Positions 22,623-34,148 of a stretch of 64,000 bases of DNA are shown one piece after another. The stretch's first letter is position 1. The number at the start of each line of letters is the position of its first letter. The notes under the pieces are model-generated. The model was not told where the DNA came from, made no database searches, and worked only from the letters and a program-made list of their open reading frames with translations. This DNA comes from Sphingomonadales bacterium (lineage in GTDB: Bacteria; Pseudomonadota; Alphaproteobacteria; Sphingomonadales; Sphingomonadaceae), in contig CANIRZ010000001.1 in NCBI GenBank assembly GCA_947470185.1, forward strand, positions 94,013-158,012, in the 5' to 3' direction. The position numbers and the translations under genes were made by a program.

Positions 22623-23774
22623 ATGTCGCAACTGGCCCCTTATGCTTCCTTTCCTGACCATAGTCGTGGCCGGCTTCATGGCGAACCGAAGAGCGACATT
22701 CGCGGGCCGCGCGATATTTTTCAGCGTGATCGCGATCGCATCATTCACTCCATCGCGTTTCGCCGCCTGCGTCACAAAACGCAGGTGTTCATTTCACCCG
22801 ATGGGGATCATTACCGCGTACGCCTTACCCACAGCCTTGAGGTCGCGCAGATCGGCCGCACTATTGCCCGTGCGCTGGGGTTGAACGAGGATTTGACCGA
22901 GGCCTTGTGTCTCGCGCACGACATTGGCCACCCGCCCTTTGGCCACGCGGGAGAGGATGCACTTGAAGCGGCGATGAAGCCTTTTGGCGGGTTTGATCAT
23001 AATGCGCAGACGCTCCGCACATTAACGCATCTTGAATCGCCGTACCCGTCATGGCCGGGCTTAAACCTAAGCTGGGAACTGCTTGAGGGGCTGGCCAAGC
23101 ATAATGGCCCGGTTGCAAGGCCCGGTTGGGCCTTGGCCGAGGTGGATGCAGGCTTTGATTTACGCCTCACTGACTGGCCATCGCTCGAGGCGCAGATTGC
23201 GGCGATCAGCGATGATATTGCTTATGACAATCATGACATTGACGATGGCATTCGGGCGGGCTTGCTCGACATTGACCAATTGCTTGAACTGCCTTTTGTG
23301 GCGGAGCGTTGGGAGGCGATATTGGCTCGCCATCCCGACGTACGCCCGCGCCGGTTAATTGGCGAACTGACGCGCGAACAGATTGGCATCATGGTCAATG
23401 ATGTGATTGAGTCGACGCGCGGCAGAATAAAAGAACTGGGCATCAAGAACGGCGATGACGTGCGCAAGGCAGGCGTCATGATCGGTGGGTTTTCGCCGGA
23501 AATGGCCGCGCGCGAACGCCAGCTCAAGACGTTTATGTATGAAAAGCTGTACCATCATCCCACGCAAAATGAAGCGGCGGTTGGTGCCTCGAAAATAGTG
23601 CGCGAATTGTTTGTGGCCTATCGCAATGACGTGCGCCTGCTGCCGCTTGAATGGCGTGAAAATTTGCCAGAACACGACCCACAGCGCAGCCGCCACATCG
23701 GTGATTTTCTGGCTGGTATGACCGATCGCTATGCCACTGACCGGCATCGTGAGATATACAGGGACATGGCATGA
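22623..23774 (+). CDS. dgt: Deoxyguanosinetriphosphate triphosphohydrolase (HD family)
   Basis: [56 protein letters not shown]. Confidence 0.93.
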   Translation: MSQLAPYASFPDHSRGRLHGEPKSDIRGPRDIFQRDRDRIIHSIAFRRLRHKTQVFISPDGDHYRVRLTHSLEVAQIGRTIARALGLNEDLTEALCLAHDIGHPPFGHAGEDALEAAMKPFGGFDHNAQTLRTLTHLESPYPSWPGLNLSWELLEGLAKHNGPVARPGWALAEVDAGFDLRLTDWPSLEAQIAAISDDIAYDNHDIDDGIRAGLLDIDQLLELPFVAERWEAILARHPDVRPRRLIGELTREQIGIMVNDVIESTRGRIKELGIKNGDDVRKAGVMIGGFSPEMAARERQLKTFMYEKLYHHPTQNEAAVGASKIVRELFVAYRNDVRLLPLEWRENLPEHDPQRSRHIGDFLAGMTDRYATDRHREIYRDMA

Positions 23775-24427
23775 AGCGAAAAATTCTTATCGCCGGTGGT
23801 TCGGGGTTAGTGGGCAGACAAACCGCGGATTTTTTGGCGGCCAACGGATATGAGGTACACTTGGTTTCGCGGCGGCCGTCGGCGCTGTCGATGCCTGCCA
23901 TAAAAGAGCATGTCGCCTTAAGCGATGACTGGCCGGAGATTGTGGCGCGCATCAAGCCTGACTGTTCCATTTCCTGTTTGGGCACGACGATACGCAAGGC
24001 CGGATCGCAGGATGCTTTCAAGGCGGTAGACCATGATCTTGTGCTTGCCTTTGCACAGGCCAGCCATGCAGCTGGAGTGCAGCATTTTATAACGGTTTCG
24101 TCCGTAGGTGCGATGCCCGCCAGCGGCAGTTTTTATCTAAGAACAAAGGCGGAGATGGAGCAGGGGCTTCGCAACTCCGGCTTTCAACGTCTTGATATCA
24201 TGCGACCCAGCCTGCTTACGGGTGGTCAACGTGATGACCATCGTCCAGGCGAGGCCTTCGGTATCCTGGTGGCGCCGATTGCTGATTTGCTGATGTTCGG
24301 ACCGATGAAGAAATATGCATCTACGCCGTCTGGCAAAGTAGCAAAGGCCATTGCGGCGCTGGCAAACAGACATGACTTTGGTGTTTTTATCCACGAAAAT
24401 GATTCAATAAACGCGCTGGCTGGTTGA
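23771..24427 (+). CDS. NAD(P)H-binding Rossmann protein (TIP30/YraR-like)
   Basis: [39 protein letters not shown]. Confidence 0.85.
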   Translation: MKRKILIAGGSGLVGRQTADFLAANGYEVHLVSRRPSALSMPAIKEHVALSDDWPEIVARIKPDCSISCLGTTIRKAGSQDAFKAVDHDLVLAFAQASHAAGVQHFITVSSVGAMPASGSFYLRTKAEMEQGLRNSGFQRLDIMRPSLLTGGQRDDHRPGEAFGILVAPIADLLMFGPMKKYASTPSGKVAKAIAALANRHDFGVFIHENDSINALAG

Positions 24428-24466
24428 CTCTATAGGGCGGCAAGGCCAATGCCGATTCGTCGCTGA

Positions 24467-24678
24467 CGAAGCGGGAGAGCGTCCCTTATAGGGACCGCCG
24501 AAGGAGCAACCGCCCCGGAATCTCTCAGGCAAAAGGACCGCTTCGGCTTTTGCGACACTCTGGAAAGCGCATGTCTTTGCGATTCGTAAAGATATGCCAC
24601 CGAAGGTGTAACCTGCCTTTGTGACCGTTCGCGGCAACAAAGGCGGATAAAGCTCTCAGGTACCCGTGACAGAGGGGG
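24467..24678 (+). ncRNA. Tandem glycine riboswitch (two aptamers)
   Basis: Aptamer 1 (24467-24545): GGAGAG...CCGAAGGAGCAA...CTCTCAGG...GGAC with P1 cgaagcg/cgcttcg. Aptamer 2 (24558-24678): CTCTGGAAAG...CCGAAGG...CTCTCAGG...GACAGAGGGG. Directly upstream of gcvT. Confidence 0.95.
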
Positions 24679-24732
24679 CAGCAGACCTTGCGCCAACCGG
24701 CGTCGGTCGCTGCGACTCTTGAACGGACTGAT

Positions 24733-25881
24733 ATGAGCGAAGAAGACGAATTCGAACTCGAACCCATCGAAATATTGGAACTGCCGCTCGACGCATGGCA
24801 TCGCGACAAGGGCGCGCGCATGGTCCAGTTTGCGGGCTATCACATGCCCATCCAATATGAAGGCATCATGGCCGAACATATCTGGACGCGCGACAATGCC
24901 GGGCTTTTTGATGTAAGCCATATGGGGCAATTGATGCTGACCGGCGACGGCGTGGCCGAAGCGCTTGAGGCAATGGTCCCCGGCGATATCTCGGCCCTCC
25001 AAGAAGGCAAGATGCGTTATTCGCTTTTGCTCGCCGAAGACGGCGGCGTTCTTGATGACATGATGATTACAGCTGTGCCGATGGGGCTGTATGTTGTCGT
25101 CAATGGCGCGGTAAAATGGGATGATATGAGCTATCTGCGCGAATATCTGCCCGACGAAATCACCATCAATCATATGGAAGACCGCGCATTGTTGGCGCTG
25201 CAAGGGCCCAAGGCGGTCCATGCGTTGAAACGTGTCGTGCCGGGCGTGGACGCGCTGTATTTCATGGAGGCGGGTTCATTCTTCTGGGGTCCCAAAACCG
25301 ACCCTGAGCCGCTTTGGATTAGCCGTTCGGGCTATACGGGCGAGGATGGCTTTGAAATCTCAGTGCCCGCGGCCCATGCACAAAAGCTGGCTGACCAGCT
25401 GTGTGCGCAGCCCGAAGTTAGGCCTATCGGCCTTGGTGCAAGGGACTCGTTGCGGCTTGAGGCCGGACTTCCCCTTTATGGTCACGACATGAGCCCTGAT
25501 GTGGAGCCCGTCGAAGCCAACGCCGCCTTTGCCATCTCCAAACGCCGCCGCGTCGAAGGTGGGTTTGCGGGTGCGGAACGCATATTGAATGCACTTGCCA
25601 AAGGCCCCGCCCGCAAGCTGGTTGGGCTGTCGGTCGACGGCAAAATGCCCGTGCGGGAAGGCGCGCCGATATTTGCAGGCGAGGCGCAAGTCGGCATTAT
25701 AACCTCAGGTGGATTTGCCCCAAGCTTAGGCGCACCCATCGCCATGGGCTATGTCGATTCCGCCCATAATGCCTCCGGAACTGCGCTTGAGGCAGAGGTG
25801 CGCGGCAAGCGCGTTTCCGTCACCGTCGCAAACCTCCCCTTCATCCCACATCATTATCATCGCAAAGGAGCCAATACATGA
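24733..25881 (+). CDS. gcvT: Glycine cleavage aminomethyltransferase T
   Basis: [45 protein letters not shown]. Confidence 0.96.
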   Translation: MSEEDEFELEPIEILELPLDAWHRDKGARMVQFAGYHMPIQYEGIMAEHIWTRDNAGLFDVSHMGQLMLTGDGVAEALEAMVPGDISALQEGKMRYSLLLAEDGGVLDDMMITAVPMGLYVVVNGAVKWDDMSYLREYLPDEITINHMEDRALLALQGPKAVHALKRVVPGVDALYFMEAGSFFWGPKTDPEPLWISRSGYTGEDGFEISVPAAHAQKLADQLCAQPEVRPIGLGARDSLRLEAGLPLYGHDMSPDVEPVEANAAFAISKRRRVEGGFAGAERILNALAKGPARKLVGLSVDGKMPVREGAPIFAGEAQVGIITSGGFAPSLGAPIAMGYVDSAHNASGTALEAEVRGKRVSVTVANLPFIPHHYHRKGANT

Positions 25882-26249
25882 CCCGTTATTTCACCGAAGA
25901 TCATGAGTGGATCGAAGTTGATGGCGATAGCGCAACAGTCGGCATCACACATTATGCGCAAAGCCAATTGGGCGATATCGTGTTCGCGGAAGTTCCGGCG
26001 GCTGGCGCAACCTTGAAAAAAGGCGGTGATGCAGCGGTCGTCGAATCAGTGAAGGCCGCATCGGACGTTTACGCGCCGGTCAGCGGCACTGTCATTGAAG
26101 GCAATGACGCATTGGAAGGCGACCCTGCCTTGGTCAACAGCGATCCAGAAGGCGAGGGCTGGTTCTTCAAGCTGACCTTAAGCGACAGCAGTGAACTCGA
26201 TAGCCTCATGAACGCCGCAGCGTATCAGGCGTTCGTCGACGGACTTTAA
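25878..26249 (+). CDS. gcvH: Glycine cleavage H protein
   Basis: [19 protein letters not shown] (lipoyl lysine), [10 protein letters not shown]. Confidence 0.97.
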   Translation: MTRYFTEDHEWIEVDGDSATVGITHYAQSQLGDIVFAEVPAAGATLKKGGDAAVVESVKAASDVYAPVSGTVIEGNDALEGDPALVNSDPEGEGWFFKLTLSDSSELDSLMNAAAYQAFVDGL

Positions 26250-26288
26250 GACAATCTGTTCCCCCGCTAGTGCGCCAAGGAGATTGAC

Positions 26289-27647
26289 ATGCGTTATTTA
26301 CCGCTAACCCCATCCGACCGACAGGCGATGCTTGGCGCCATCGGGGCTAAATCGATTGATGATTTGTTCGTTGATGTGCCGGCCCAAGCGCGGTTGGACG
26401 GGCCAATTCGGGGCCTGCCAAACCATGCCAGTGAAATGGCGGTGGAGCGACATTTCTCCACCCTCGCGCGCAAAAACATGACGGCGTCGCAGCATCCGTT
26501 CTTTTTGGGTGCAGGCGCATACAAGCATCATGTGCCGGCGAGTGTTGATCACATCATCCAGCGCGGCGAGTTCCTGACGGCCTACACGCCGTATCAGCCC
26601 GAAATCGCGCAGGGCACGCTACAAATGCTGTTCGAATTCCAGACGCAGGTTGCGCGATTGTTCGGCTGCGATGTTGCCAATGCGTCGATGTATGATGGCT
26701 CCACTGCATGCTGGGAGGCAATCGGCATGGCTGGCCGCATCACCAAGCGGACAAAGGCAGTGCTGTCGTCGGGGCTGCACCCGCATTATGTCAGCGTCGC
26801 CAAGACGATGGCACAATATACGGGCGACACACTCGATACCGCCTTGCCCGACCTGTCCGCCAATACCGATAGCGTGCGGTTGCTCGACGCCATTGATGGC
26901 GAGACCAGCTGTGTCGTTGTGCAATATCCAGATATCTTGGGGCGGATCGAAGACCTGTCCGCCATCGCCGCTAAGGCGCATGAGCATGGCGCGTTGCTGA
27001 TCGCGGTGGTGACGGAACCGGTTGCTTTGGGTGCGATCAAGGCACCGGGCGACATGGGCGCGGACATCGTCGTGGGTGAGGGGCAGTCGCTTGGCGTTGG
27101 CCTGCAATTTGGTGGACCTTATGTTGGCCTGTTTGCCTGCAAGGAAAAATTCGTTCGTCAGATGCCCGGTCGCTTGTGCGGAGAGACTGTAGATGCGCAA
27201 GGCAAGCGCGGCTTTGTCCTGACCTTGTCTACGCGCGAGCAGCATATCCGCCGTGAAAAGGCGACGTCAAATATCTGTACAAATTCAGGTCTTTGTGCGC
27301 TGGCCTTTAGTGTGCATCTAACCTTGCTCGGCGAAAAGGGGTTGCGCGGATTGGCGCAGTTAAACCATGCGCTTGCGGTGCAGGCGGCGGATCGGCTGAC
27401 CCAGATTGCTGGTGTCGAATTGGTCAATGAAAGCTTCTTCAACGAATTCACACTCAAGCTACCCACGGAGGCGCGGCCAGTGGTGCGCGCGCTTGCAGAC
27501 CGCGAAATTCTAGGAGGCGTATCGCTTGGACGGCTCTATCCGGGGACGGATGCACTCTCCAAGGGACTCGTTGTCGCCGTGACTGAGGTTGTAACCAGTG
27601 AGGATGTGGAAACATTCGCGGTTGCTTTGCAGGAGATTTTGGCATGA
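26289..27647 (+). CDS. gcvPA: Glycine dehydrogenase (decarboxylating) subunit 1
   Basis: [48 protein letters not shown]. Confidence 0.96.
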   Translation: MRYLPLTPSDRQAMLGAIGAKSIDDLFVDVPAQARLDGPIRGLPNHASEMAVERHFSTLARKNMTASQHPFFLGAGAYKHHVPASVDHIIQRGEFLTAYTPYQPEIAQGTLQMLFEFQTQVARLFGCDVANASMYDGSTACWEAIGMAGRITKRTKAVLSSGLHPHYVSVAKTMAQYTGDTLDTALPDLSANTDSVRLLDAIDGETSCVVVQYPDILGRIEDLSAIAAKAHEHGALLIAVVTEPVALGAIKAPGDMGADIVVGEGQSLGVGLQFGGPYVGLFACKEKFVRQMPGRLCGETVDAQGKRGFVLTLSTREQHIRREKATSNICTNSGLCALAFSVHLTLLGEKGLRGLAQLNHALAVQAADRLTQIAGVELVNESFFNEFTLKLPTEARPVVRALADREILGGVSLGRLYPGTDALSKGLVVAVTEVVTSEDVETFAVALQEILA

Positions 27648-29215
27648 ACGCTATCAATCAAAGCGGATGGAAACCTGAAATGGGAAATGCTGGCGAAACC
27701 GCGCCTGCTACTTACACAGGCAACAAGGCATTGATGCTTGAAGAAGCATTGATTTTCGAAATTGGCACCGCCGCAACAACGGGTGTTGACCTTGCCGATG
27801 CGCCGAAGGTCGCCGCGCGCTTGGGCAATTTGGAGCGGCATCGCGACATTGGCCTTCCTGGATTGTCGGAACCTGAGACGGTCCGCCATTACACCCGCCT
27901 TAGCCGTCAGAATTATGCGATTGATTTGGGCTTCTTCCCGCTGGGTAGCTGCACAATGAAGCACAATCCGCGGCTGAATGAAAAGGTCGCCCGTATGGCA
28001 GGCTTTGCCGATGTGCACCCGCTGCAGCCTGTTGAGACCGTGCAGGGGGCATTGGCGGTGATTAATGAGTTGGCCATGTGGCTGATTCAACTCACGGGCA
28101 TGCATGGAGTCGCTATGACGCCGAAGGCTGGCGCTCACGGAGAGTTGTGCGGAATATTGTGCATCAAGGCCGCTCTTGCAGCACGTGGTGATCCGCGCAG
28201 CGTCATTCTCGTTCCCGAAAGCGCGCATGGAACCAACCCTGCCAGCGCCGCTTTCGCCGGTTTCTCGGTTGAGAATATCCCGGCAACCTCCGAAGGCCGC
28301 GTGGATCTTGCGGCGCTTACAGCACGACTTGGTCCTGATGTGGCTGGGGTTATGATCACCAACCCCAACACATGTGGCCTGTTTGAACGTGATATGAAGG
28401 CGATTTCCGATGCCGTCCACGCGGCTGGTGGCTACGTCTATTGCGATGGCGCTAATTTTAACGCGATTGTTGGTCGCGTCCGTCCTGGCGATCTTGGTAT
28501 CGATGCGATGCACATCAACCTGCACAAGACCTTCTCCACCCCGCATGGCGGCGGTGGGCCGGGTTCCGGGCCGGTCGTGTTGTCTGAAGCGCTGTCGCCT
28601 TATGGCCCCTTGCCCTATACCGCACGCCATGCGGATGGCCATTACACACTTATCGAGGAAGAAACCGCTCAGGAATGCCATCCACACAGCTTCGGGCGCA
28701 TGACCGCTTTCCATGGCCAGATGGGCATGTTTACCCGCGCGCTGTCTTACATCATGTCGCATGGTGCAGACGGTTTACGCCAAGTGGCCGAAGATGCAGT
28801 CCTCAACGCCAATTATATCTTGCGCAGCCTCGAAGATGTGCTTGAGGCGCCATTTGCCGATAGCGGCCCGTGTATGCATGAGGCATTGTTTAGCGATAAC
28901 GGCTTGGCCGACGGCTTTTCCACCCTCGACATCGCCAAGGGCCTGATCGACGAAGGCTATCACCCGATGACGGTGTACTTCCCGCTTGTGGTCCATGGCG
29001 CTATGTTGGTTGAACCGACCGAAACCGAAAGCAAGGCAACGCTGGACCAGTTCATCGGCGCACTACGTTCGGTGGCGGAGCGGGCAAAGGAGGGCGACCC
29101 GTCGTTGAAGTCCGCGCCGCATCACGCACCGCGCCGCCGCCTTGATGAAACTCAGGCTGCGCGCAAGCCAGTGCTGGTGTGGCGGGAACCCGAACAGTTG
29201 GTTGCAGCCGAGTGA
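27644..29215 (+). CDS. gcvPB: Glycine dehydrogenase (decarboxylating) subunit 2
   Basis: [43 protein letters not shown]. Confidence 0.96.
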   Translation: MNAINQSGWKPEMGNAGETAPATYTGNKALMLEEALIFEIGTAATTGVDLADAPKVAARLGNLERHRDIGLPGLSEPETVRHYTRLSRQNYAIDLGFFPLGSCTMKHNPRLNEKVARMAGFADVHPLQPVETVQGALAVINELAMWLIQLTGMHGVAMTPKAGAHGELCGILCIKAALAARGDPRSVILVPESAHGTNPASAAFAGFSVENIPATSEGRVDLAALTARLGPDVAGVMITNPNTCGLFERDMKAISDAVHAAGGYVYCDGANFNAIVGRVRPGDLGIDAMHINLHKTFSTPHGGGGPGSGPVVLSEALSPYGPLPYTARHADGHYTLIEEETAQECHPHSFGRMTAFHGQMGMFTRALSYIMSHGADGLRQVAEDAVLNANYILRSLEDVLEAPFADSGPCMHEALFSDNGLADGFSTLDIAKGLIDEGYHPMTVYFPLVVHGAMLVEPTETESKATLDQFIGALRSVAERAKEGDPSLKSAPHHAPRRRLDETQAARKPVLVWREPEQLVAAE

Positions 29216-29841
29216 GCGGCCCGCAACCGTTTGTGTTTGAGGCCGGCGTCGAGGTCAAACGCTACGCGCCCGCGACCGAGCGGAACCGTGATGTAATCGC
29301 GGAAACGCTTGTGAATGTGCTTCCTGCACAAGGATTGGTGTTGGAAATCGCCAGCGGGACTGGCGAACATGCTGTGCACTTTGCGCAGCTGTTTCAGGGA
29401 TTGACGTGGCAACCAAGCGACCCTGACCCCATTGCCATTGCATCCATCAATGCATGGCGTGCCGACTGTACTGTGCCGAATGTACGATCTGCGATGTTGC
29501 TGGATGCCTCGGCGGATTGGCCAATCGCGCACGCCGACGCGATTGTCTGCATCAACATGGCGCATATTAGCCCATGGGCGGCGACAGTCGGGTTACTCCG
29601 GAACGCCGCCCGCATCTTGCCGCAATCCGCGCCGCTTTTCATCTATGGGCCATTTCGCCAGCGCGATGTCCCCTTAACAGAAGGTAACGCGTCATTCGAC
29701 ACTGCGCTGCGGCAACAGAACACGGAATGGGGCCTGCGTTATGTTGAGGACATGACTAAAGAAGCGCGCGACGTCGGCCTAACTCTGGATCAGATTATCC
29801 CTATGCCGTCGAACAACCTATCGCTGATTTTCTGCTCTTAG
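29212..29841 (+). CDS. DUF938 family putative SAM-dependent methyltransferase
   Basis: APATERNR, LEIASGTGEH, WQPSD, YGPF, N-x-x-FD, WGLR, MPSNN; GTGA overlap with gcvPB. Confidence 0.88.
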   Translation: MSGPQPFVFEAGVEVKRYAPATERNRDVIAETLVNVLPAQGLVLEIASGTGEHAVHFAQLFQGLTWQPSDPDPIAIASINAWRADCTVPNVRSAMLLDASADWPIAHADAIVCINMAHISPWAATVGLLRNAARILPQSAPLFIYGPFRQRDVPLTEGNASFDTALRQQNTEWGLRYVEDMTKEARDVGLTLDQIIPMPSNNLSLIFCS

Positions 29842-31013
29842 CTGGTCAGGTCAATCCGCTCTATTTTGGCAATAGGTGATCGCTGACGGATACGTGTCCC
29901 TGTAACGTCATTTTCATATTGTGCCGTCAGCGAGTAGCGCTCGATGGCATACACGCCTGGTGCTGTTCCTGCTCTTGCAGCTTTCAAGGGCGCGTAAATC
30001 CGGGTCTTAATCGCTTTCAGGACGGCATCTGTCCAATCGGTGTTGCCTTGGCTGCGGAGTATTTCTGGCTCGTCGACCTTACCATCTGCGCCAATCCAGA
30101 ACCCGATATCGACCCATCGTTTTTCAACGACCTGTGTACTAATTCGGTTTAGGTCGCTGCCTCCTGCCAATGCGCGGGCCGCTTGAGCCTCATTCATTGC
30201 TATTGGGTCGGAATGCAGAAGCACAGGGTTCACGGTGCCCCCTAATGCGGCGTAACGTGCGATAAGCTTATCGGTGGTCGCGCTATCCCCACCTTTGCGA
30301 TCCATCCGAGATTTCAGCACTTCAGCGACAATTTTGAACTCCTCCGCGCCGCCGGTTGGCGCTTTCAGGAAAAGATCAATAGCGTCAGTAGCGTCTTTCT
30401 TACGGAAAGCGGTTTTCTCTGTCTCGGCACGTTGTACACGTAGTGACAAATCGCGCAGTCGTGCAATTGCAGCAATCTGAGGCAAATTCGCCAAAAGCGC
30501 ACGTCGTTCAATTTCGAGATATTTGTCGCTCGCTTCCTCCAAATAACCCAATTTTAGACGAGAATCTGCGACCTCAATTTCGGCGCCGAACACGCGATAG
30601 TCATTCGGTTGCAACGCGCCCTTCAGAGTGTCGCGCATATCCAGCACAGAAAGACGGTAAATGTCTGATTCACCCAAATGCGCCGCTACATTACCATTCG
30701 CGCGGAGCAGGTCGGAGACCTCAATAGGGAACTGACCCTTATGCTTTCGGTTGCGACCAAGCGCGTTTGCCAAAGTGGCACGCGCATCCCGATAGTCGCC
30801 TTCTACAAAAAGATTTTCTGCGTGCGCCAATGTTGCCTTTATATCCTGGTCGGGCGGGCATTTGCGCGCGATGCATGCTTTTAGGTCGGCTTCGGTGTCC
30901 TTCAAAGGACGCGCCGTTACGACGATTTCACGCTTTGATTCATTCTGTGCAATCGAGGGAGCACTTATGCCCGTGAGCAACAAAATTGCTGTCAAATGAT
31001 GAGGTCTCAACAT
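29838..31013 (-). CDS. Secreted TPR-like protein with C-terminal TonB-CTD-like domain
   Basis: Start ATG at 31013; signal peptide, EIVVTA, helical repeats, then WVDIGFWIGADGKVDEPEILRS...AVLKAIKTRIYAP, which resembles TonB_C. Confidence 0.6.
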   Translation of the reverse strand: MLRPHHLTAILLLTGISAPSIAQNESKREIVVTARPLKDTEADLKACIARKCPPDQDIKATLAHAENLFVEGDYRDARATLANALGRNRKHKGQFPIEVSDLLRANGNVAAHLGESDIYRLSVLDMRDTLKGALQPNDYRVFGAEIEVADSRLKLGYLEEASDKYLEIERRALLANLPQIAAIARLRDLSLRVQRAETEKTAFRKKDATDAIDLFLKAPTGGAEEFKIVAEVLKSRMDRKGGDSATTDKLIARYAALGGTVNPVLLHSDPIAMNEAQAARALAGGSDLNRISTQVVEKRWVDIGFWIGADGKVDEPEILRSQGNTDWTDAVLKAIKTRIYAPLKAARAGTAPGVYAIERYSLTAQYENDVTGTRIRQRSPIAKIERIDLTS

Positions 31014-31140
31014 GAAAATATCCTTGGCGGAAACGGGGAGGTAAAACTGACGTAATCCGTTTATTGACACGCCGCTATAATCTCTCGACAAAACGCATCA
31101 GGCCTCTGCGAAAATACGGCCATTCTTGGGAGATAATAAC

Positions 31141-32700
31141 ATGGCCGCTGCCGGTTACGACATACTTACGTTCGATGGCTTCTTGAAGCACTGGGCAACG
31201 GAACGACCGGATTGGGCTGCGCTCTCACAAGATAACGCGCATTTCACATATGCGCAGTTGGAAGAACGCACCGCAAAAATCGCAACTATGCTGCTTGGGC
31301 TGGGTTTGAAAAAGGGCGACCGCGTTGCCTGGATTGGCAAGAACAGCGATCTGTATTTTGCGCTTTTCTACGGCGCAGCTCGTGTCGGCATCGTCATGGT
31401 CCCAATTGGCTGGCGTCTTGCGCCCGCCGAATGGGCCTATATCGCCAAGGATACGGGCGCGCGCGTTTTGTTTGCGGGACAAGGATTTGAAGTAGGTGTT
31501 CAGGCGCTTGGTGATCAGACTGCTACTGTCGAGCGCGTAATCGGCGAGGATGAAGCGCGGCAGATGATCGACGCGACGCCGCGTGCGCCGTTCGACGCTG
31601 CTGGTCCCGATGACGCCGCGCTGCAGCTTTATACGTCAGGCACCACGGGTAATCCCAAGGGTGCGGTGCTCTCCAACCGCAACCTTTTTGCCTTGCGCAA
31701 AAATGCGGCTGAAGAAGAACATGCCTATAGCAAGTGGGATGATGATGAGGTTGTCCTCATCGCCATGCCCTGCGCGCATATTGGCGGGACCGGGCTTGGC
31801 ATTATGGCGCTGGCGTCTGGTCTGCCGGCACTGGTGCAGGCTGAATTTACGCCAGATTCTGTGTTTGATGGCATCGAAAAGGGCGGAGCAACGCGATTGT
31901 TCATTGTGCCCGCCGCCTTGCAGATGATGGTCAATCACCCCAGATGCCGGGATGTTGATTATAGCCGTCTCAAATATATTCTTTATGGTGCCGCGCCCAT
32001 TCCGCTTGAGCTATTGCGCCAGTGCATGGACGTTTTCAGCGCCGAGTTCATTCAAGTCTACGGCATGACGGAAACAACGGGCACCATTTGCATGTTGCCG
32101 CCTGAGGATCACGACCCCAATGGCAATAAACGGATGCGCTCGGCTGGCAAGCCACTGCCGGGTGTAGAATTACGCGTCGTCGATGGGGCGGGGAATGATG
32201 TTCCTGTGGGTGATGTCGGCGAGATATGGACGCGGTCATCTAACAATATGCTTGGTTATTGGAACCTGCCCGACGCCACGAAGGGAACTGTCGCCGAGGG
32301 TGGTTGGATAAAGACCGGAGATGCCGGATATCTTGATGAAGACGGATATATGTACATCCACGACCGCGTGAAGGACATGATCATAACCGGCGGCGAAAAT
32401 GTCTATCCGGCTGAAGTGGAAAGCGCGATTTACGGCCATCCCGATATATTGGAGGTCGCGGTGATTGGCGTGCCTGATGAAAAATGGGGCGAGGCGGTGA
32501 AGGCGGTATGCGTTCCCAAACCCGGTACTCAGGTGGATCCCGAAAGCGTCATCGCTTGGGCCCGCGCACGCATTGCTGGTTTCAAGGTGCCACGTTCCGT
32601 TGACATCATTGCGGCGTTGCCCCGCAATGCGTCAGGAAAGATACTCCGCAAGGATTTACGCGCGCCTTATTGGGCTGGTTACGACCGACAGGTGAATTAA
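31141..32700 (+). CDS. Long-chain acyl-CoA ligase (AMP-binding)
   Basis: YTSGTTGNPKG, YGMTE, KTGDAG, DRVKDMI, NVYPAEVE, RNASGKILR; GGGAG RBS before ATG 31141. Confidence 0.92.
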   Translation: MAAAGYDILTFDGFLKHWATERPDWAALSQDNAHFTYAQLEERTAKIATMLLGLGLKKGDRVAWIGKNSDLYFALFYGAARVGIVMVPIGWRLAPAEWAYIAKDTGARVLFAGQGFEVGVQALGDQTATVERVIGEDEARQMIDATPRAPFDAAGPDDAALQLYTSGTTGNPKGAVLSNRNLFALRKNAAEEEHAYSKWDDDEVVLIAMPCAHIGGTGLGIMALASGLPALVQAEFTPDSVFDGIEKGGATRLFIVPAALQMMVNHPRCRDVDYSRLKYILYGAAPIPLELLRQCMDVFSAEFIQVYGMTETTGTICMLPPEDHDPNGNKRMRSAGKPLPGVELRVVDGAGNDVPVGDVGEIWTRSSNNMLGYWNLPDATKGTVAEGGWIKTGDAGYLDEDGYMYIHDRVKDMIITGGENVYPAEVESAIYGHPDILEVAVIGVPDEKWGEAVKAVCVPKPGTQVDPESVIAWARARIAGFKVPRSVDIIAALPRNASGKILRKDLRAPYWAGYDRQVN

Positions 32701-32756
32701 AGCTTATTGGAGGCTTGCGGCTGCAATCGTCCAACTTCTAAAATTGCCTATGTTCC

Positions 32757-34058
32757 TCAACGCCCGACGCTAACATAATTGAACCCAGCGGCCTGCGCTT
32801 CTTCGGTGCGGTATATGTTGCGCAAATCCACAAGAACATCGCCCGCCATCGCGGCGTGCAGTTTCTTGAGGTCAAGCGCACGATATGCATCCCATTCGGT
32901 AATCAAGGCCACCGCATGTGCATCTTGCGCGGCGTCATAGGCACTGCTGGCCATGATGACATCGGGAAGAATTTTTGCGGCCTCCTCCATGCCTTCGGGG
33001 TCATGTGCATGCACAATTGCGCCGGCATCGAGCAAGGTCTGAACAATCGCAATGGACGGCGCATCGCGCATGTCATCTGTATTGGGTTTGAACGTCAGGC
33101 CAAGCAGAGCAATTTTCAGGCCCCGCACATCGCCGCCCAGTGCGGTGATAATCTTGCGGCCCATAGCGCGCTTTCTAAGGTCATTGGCCTGCACGACAGC
33201 CTCAACTATCCGAACGGGCGTTTCATGATCCTGAGCGGTCTTGAGGAGCGCTAGCGTGTCCTTTGGAAAGCAACTGCCGCCATAGCCAGGACCAGCGTGT
33301 AAGAACTTCGACCCGATGCGATTATCAAGGCCGATGCCGCGCGATACGTCTTGCACATTGGCGCCCAGTTTCTCGCACAGATCCGCCATTTCATTGATAA
33401 AGGTGATCTTCGTCGCCAAAAATGCGTTCGCGGCATATTTGATTAGCTCGGACGAACGACGGCTGGTGAACAATAAAGGCGATTCGTTGAGAAACAGCGG
33501 ACGATACACAGCGCGCATGACATCGCGCGCCCATTCAACGTCGCTGCCCACGACGATGCGGTCCGGCCGTTTGAAATCACCAATGGCAGCACCTTCGCGC
33601 AAGAATTCGGGGTTTGATACGACTGCAAACTCAAGCTGTGGGTTGGTTTCGCGAATGATGCGTTCAACTTCGTCGCCAGTGCCCACAGGAACGGTAGATT
33701 TGGTCACGACAACCGTGCGCGGATTAATGGCGCTGGCCAGTTCCTCGGCAGCGGCGTAGACATAGCTCAGGTCCGCATGACCATCGCCGCGGCGCGACGG
33801 CGTGCCAACGGCTATGAAAACAGCGCCGCACCCTTTGACCGACCGCAGGACATCCGTTGAAAAGCTCAGCCGTCCAGCGTCTACGTTGGTTTTAACCAAT
33901 GCGTCCAAGCCGGGCTCGTAAATCGGCATGATGTTCGCGTTCAACCGGTCGATCTTTGCCGCATCCTTGTCCACGCAGACAACTTCATGTCCGAAATCCG
34001 CAAAGCACGCTCCAGACACAAGGCCGACATAGCCCGAACCGATCATTGCAATCTTCAT
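32757..34058 (-). CDS. ugd: UDP-glucose 6-dehydrogenase
   Basis: GSGYVG, AVGTP, KSTVP, SNPEFLREG, GYGGSCFPKD, FKPNTDDMR. Confidence 0.94.
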   Translation of the reverse strand: MKIAMIGSGYVGLVSGACFADFGHEVVCVDKDAAKIDRLNANIMPIYEPGLDALVKTNVDAGRLSFSTDVLRSVKGCGAVFIAVGTPSRRGDGHADLSYVYAAAEELASAINPRTVVVTKSTVPVGTGDEVERIIRETNPQLEFAVVSNPEFLREGAAIGDFKRPDRIVVGSDVEWARDVMRAVYRPLFLNESPLLFTSRRSSELIKYAANAFLATKITFINEMADLCEKLGANVQDVSRGIGLDNRIGSKFLHAGPGYGGSCFPKDTLALLKTAQDHETPVRIVEAVVQANDLRKRAMGRKIITALGGDVRGLKIALLGLTFKPNTDDMRDAPSIAIVQTLLDAGAIVHAHDPEGMEEAAKILPDVIMASSAYDAAQDAHAVALITEWDAYRALDLKKLHAAMAGDVLVDLRNIYRTEEAQAAGFNYVSVGR

Positions 34059-34148
34059 TGGATATCCCTCTTTCAGACGGCTGTCGAATAGCAGCGCCTT
34101 ATGACGTTATTTGGTCAGGAACAAGTGTTGCAGCAGGGCTATGCGATA

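Noticed and set aside
22623-23774. dGTPase as an anti-phage defence gene
   Set aside because: Short housekeeping-type Dgt in a core-gene context with ordinary composition and no defence-island neighbours.
27536-28762. 408-aa antisense ORF inside gcvPB (likewise 19541-20503 in ftsZ, 4632-5474 in ftsI, 24430-25221 over gcvT)
   Set aside because: Shadow ORFs of conserved GC-rich genes with no recognisable motifs.
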